This document shows positions 60,952 to 64,000 of a DNA stretch of 64,000 nt, in pieces. Source of the stretch: Eledone cirrhosa (Eukaryota); NCBI GenBank assembly GCA_964016885.1, contig OZ024746.1, forward strand, positions 95,666,001 through 95,730,000. Reading direction: 5' to 3'. Below the pieces are notes generated by a model. That model was not told the DNA's origin, did no database searches, and worked only from the letters and a program-made list of their open reading frames with translations. Within the stretch, counting starts at the first letter, position 1. Each line of letters opens with the position of its first letter. Made by a program: the position numbers and the translations under genes.

Positions 60952-61212
60952 TTGGACAGGGTGATGTGTTGTTTCCTTGAGCAAGACACTTTATTCCACA
61001 TTGCTCCAGTTTACTCAACTGTAAAAATGAGATGATTGGACTGGGGTCCCTATCATTCCACTGCAAAGTGGTCGTGGAGGTGCCATGGCAAAAAAAGCAC
61101 CCATCACTCACTGTAAATGAGATTGGTGTTAGGAAGGGTACCCAGCCAGAATCAGTTCCCGTCCCACCCTTGCAAACAGGGAAAAGCGGACGCAAAATGA
61201 TGATGATGATGG
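60950..61212 (+). mobile_element. Family-A SINE (head missing) ending in the RTE-R1 LINE tail
   Basis: Collinear with 26095-26309 up to CCAGAATCAGTTCCCGT, then continues as LINE 30241-30290. Confidence 0.8.
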
Positions 61213-62634
61213 TGATATATCATCATATATATAATCAGGATAGAATCAGTCTCGACAGGGACCACCTTCTATCGATATAACAACATATTGGCAGGCTGTC
61301 CCTGAATCAAATTTTCTATTTTCTGTCTACTATTTCTTTCTCCATCTCCTATCTTCCATTATATGTTTGGGTTCAACGTAATCCTGTTACATAATTCTGC
61401 AAATAACACCTGATGAAATCACCTAGTCTTGCATCATAATTGGATGATGGAGCTGGGCTATCTAAATATATATAGTGTTTTCATGGAATTAAGATTCTGA
61501 AGTAAATTTTCCAGTCCGGACTTCTGTTGTTGTTTTAATGAATATTTTACTCCGTTCCTACATCAACCACTGGATACCAAATCTACGTTGGAAGACTTAC
61601 ATAACGTTGAGTGTTTTAGTTAATTTGTTGCATCATCATATACCAACCCGAACCACTGGTTTTACTCATTGGAAAACAAGCCTAACATAAATGATATATA
61701 TATTATATATATATATCTTTATATCTCTCTCTCTCACTATCTATCTATCTATTTATCTCTCTCTATATATATTTATCTAGCTATATATTTATATACATAT
61801 GATGATGATCATCATCATCACTGTTTAAAGTCCATTTTCCACACTAGCATGGGTTACCCTTCAACATATCATCTCAAGTTTTCATGAGTTCCACCAACTT
61901 CGAGTGTGCAGTATTTCTTTATGCAGTTGTCATCTTCCATATACATTACATGTCCATACCATTGCAGCCTCTTCTCCTGCAAATGCTGCACCTAACCCTT
62001 CTTATACCCAGTTTATCTCTCAGTTCAGTGATGCTGAGTTCTTTATATATATATATATTACTATTACACATCAATCAGAGCATGCATGCCTCATTTCTTT
62101 CCGATCAAACTAATCAACAACTGTTATTCTAGAAATGTAATACAGTAAAAGGCATCGAACTGGCAGAGTCGTTAGAACTTCAGATAGAATGGTTTGTGCT
62201 ATTCATTCCAGCTCTCTGCTCTCTGAGTTCAAATCCCGCCGAGGTCAACTTTGCCTTTCATCATTTCAAGGTCGATAAAAAAAGTACCAGTCAAGTACTG
62301 GGGTCGATTCTTCCTCCATATCTCTTTCTCATTTCCTCTCTCTCACTTTCTATCTTTCCCTGGAAGAAATCTGCTGTACTCAGGTCTGGAGAGGGATGGG
62401 CTCTGCCGGGCTTAAAATGTCCAAGAAACGCCAGGTTACTGGACAAAAAAAAAAATACAGTAAATCAAAGAACATGACAGACTCATATACAACATAAGAA
62501 ATTCATCAGACATCTCAGTTCTTAAAAATATACATGACACACATTAACTGTATGGTATTGAACCAAATGTATGTTAACTAGGCCCCAACACTAGGAAGAT
62601 CATAATGTCCTCAACAGGGTAAAAGGAAGTCCCC

Positions 62635-62850
62635 TTAACCTTTTAGCATTTAAGCCAATTGTATCCGGCCAGAATTCTCTTACCTCTTTCTGTTCAAACC
62701 GACCATAACTTGCTACTCATACTGACATTAAGGTATTGTTTTCAAAATAAATAATATCAAAATCTCATAGATTCAATATTATGTGAGGTAAAGCATTTAT
62801 TGTGAAAATATAATAGTAAATATAGAGCAATGTAAATGCTAAAGGGTTAA
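62635..62850. mobile_element. TTAA MITE family 1 (216 bp)
   Basis: TTAACCTTTTAGCATTTAAGC...GTAAATGCTAAAGGGTTAA. Confidence 0.85.
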
Positions 62851-63419
62851 ACCTATGTTGTCCCTCTCTTATTCTTATTCCCCTTTCTCTCTTCCTCCCT
62901 CCCTCCATACATATATGTGCGTATGCACCTGTGCACCTGTGCACCTGTGCGCATGTGTATGTGGTCAGTTGGCAGAGTTATTAAATCTTTGGATAAAATA
63001 TATTTTAATATCTTTTCTAACTCTTCACTTTGAATTCAAATCCTTTAAAATGTCAACTTCGTCATTTATCTTTTCTATGGTGGGGGTGGTGCCGGTGGTG
63101 ACTGTGGTAGTGATGGTGGGGGTGATGGTGGCGACAGCAGTAGTGGTGGTGACAGGGTGGTGTTGGTGGCAGTGGCAGCAATGACAGCAATGGCAGCTGT
63201 AAATAAAGTACCAAGCCAGTGCTAGTGCAGCCCTCTCCCCTTCCAGTGGTCATATCCTGGATGATCTGCTAGGTGAAGGGTGGCAGACATATGAAGGACC
63301 TTGTAACTGCTTGTGACCACATGGACAATAAAACCATTAGGGAAAGTATGGCACATACTACCAAGTCATGTTTGATTGTTAGTGATGGATGTAGTTACAG
63401 TGGACACTATACCAATATA

Positions 63420-64000
63420 TTGACCATTCCATGAGATTGACCACTATATCAGATTGACTACTATATCATCCCACACAACACTGTGCCATTGTATTGACCA
63501 CTATCTCAGTGATTGCTACACCATCACACTGACCACTATACCATTACACCATCACACTGACCACTACACTATCTCAGTGATTGCTACACCATCACACTGA
63601 CCACTATACCATTACACCACCAAACTGACCACTACACTATCCCATTGATTGCTACACCATCACACTGACCACTACACTATCTCAGTGATTGCTACACCAT
63701 CACACTGACCACTATACCATTACACCATCACACTGATCACTACACTATCTCAGTGATTGCTACACCATCACACTGACCACTATACCATTACACCATCACA
63801 CTGACCACTACACTATCCCATTGATTGCTACACCATCACACTGACCACTGCATGACTACACTGACTACTACACTATCACACTGTCCCCTCTGCTATCACA
63901 TGGATAACGCCACCATCAGTGACCACTGCACCATTATACTGACCACTACATCATCACACTGACTGCTACATTATCACACTGACCACTAAGCTATCACCAT
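63420..64000. repeat. Minisatellite of alternating 28- and 40-bp units sharing CCATCACACTGACCACTA
   Basis: CCATCACACTGACCACTATACCATTACA alternates with CCATCACACTGACCACTACACTATCTCAGTGATTGCTACA from ~63521; degenerate flanks; runs off the window end. Confidence 0.85.

Noticed and set aside
61430-61680. Possible second Penelope RT remnant on the minus strand
   Set aside because: Only vague motif resemblance, too many stops to support without a profile search.

Overview
AT-rich, repeat-saturated eukaryotic DNA. The mix of tRNA-head SINEs with (TGA)n/(ATT)n tails, RTE LINEs and very long micro/minisatellites looks like a coleoid cephalopod, probably Octopus (inference from repeat families, not a database hit). 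Only one host coding exon is recognisable: the first coding exon (10859-11110, minus strand) of a C17orf98/SPMAP1-like ciliary microtubule protein, with an RFX X-box about 180 bp upstream; I could not find its later exons in the window. The rest is transposon debris and tandem arrays: at least three RTE families, CR1-like, L1/Tx1-like, R4/Dong-like, CRE-like and Penelope-like retroelement fragments, TTAA (piggyBac-type) MITEs, hAT MITEs with 8-bp TSDs and a non-autonomous Helitron. Highlights: (1) four type-I hammerhead ribozyme motifs of the minimal Penelope-associated kind from three unrelated sequence families, two of them inside a ~154-bp-arm palindrome next to a Penelope RT remnant; (2) a 68-bp minisatellite cut from the endonuclease-coding region of a CRE-like retrotransposon, at three loci with the same junction; (3) a directly visible SINE/RTE-LINE tail partnership, including one SINE that appears to have switched onto the LINE tail. 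Nearly all long ORFs in the supplied track are repeat artefacts. There is no CRISPR array. Boundaries of degraded repeats are approximate (tens of bp).
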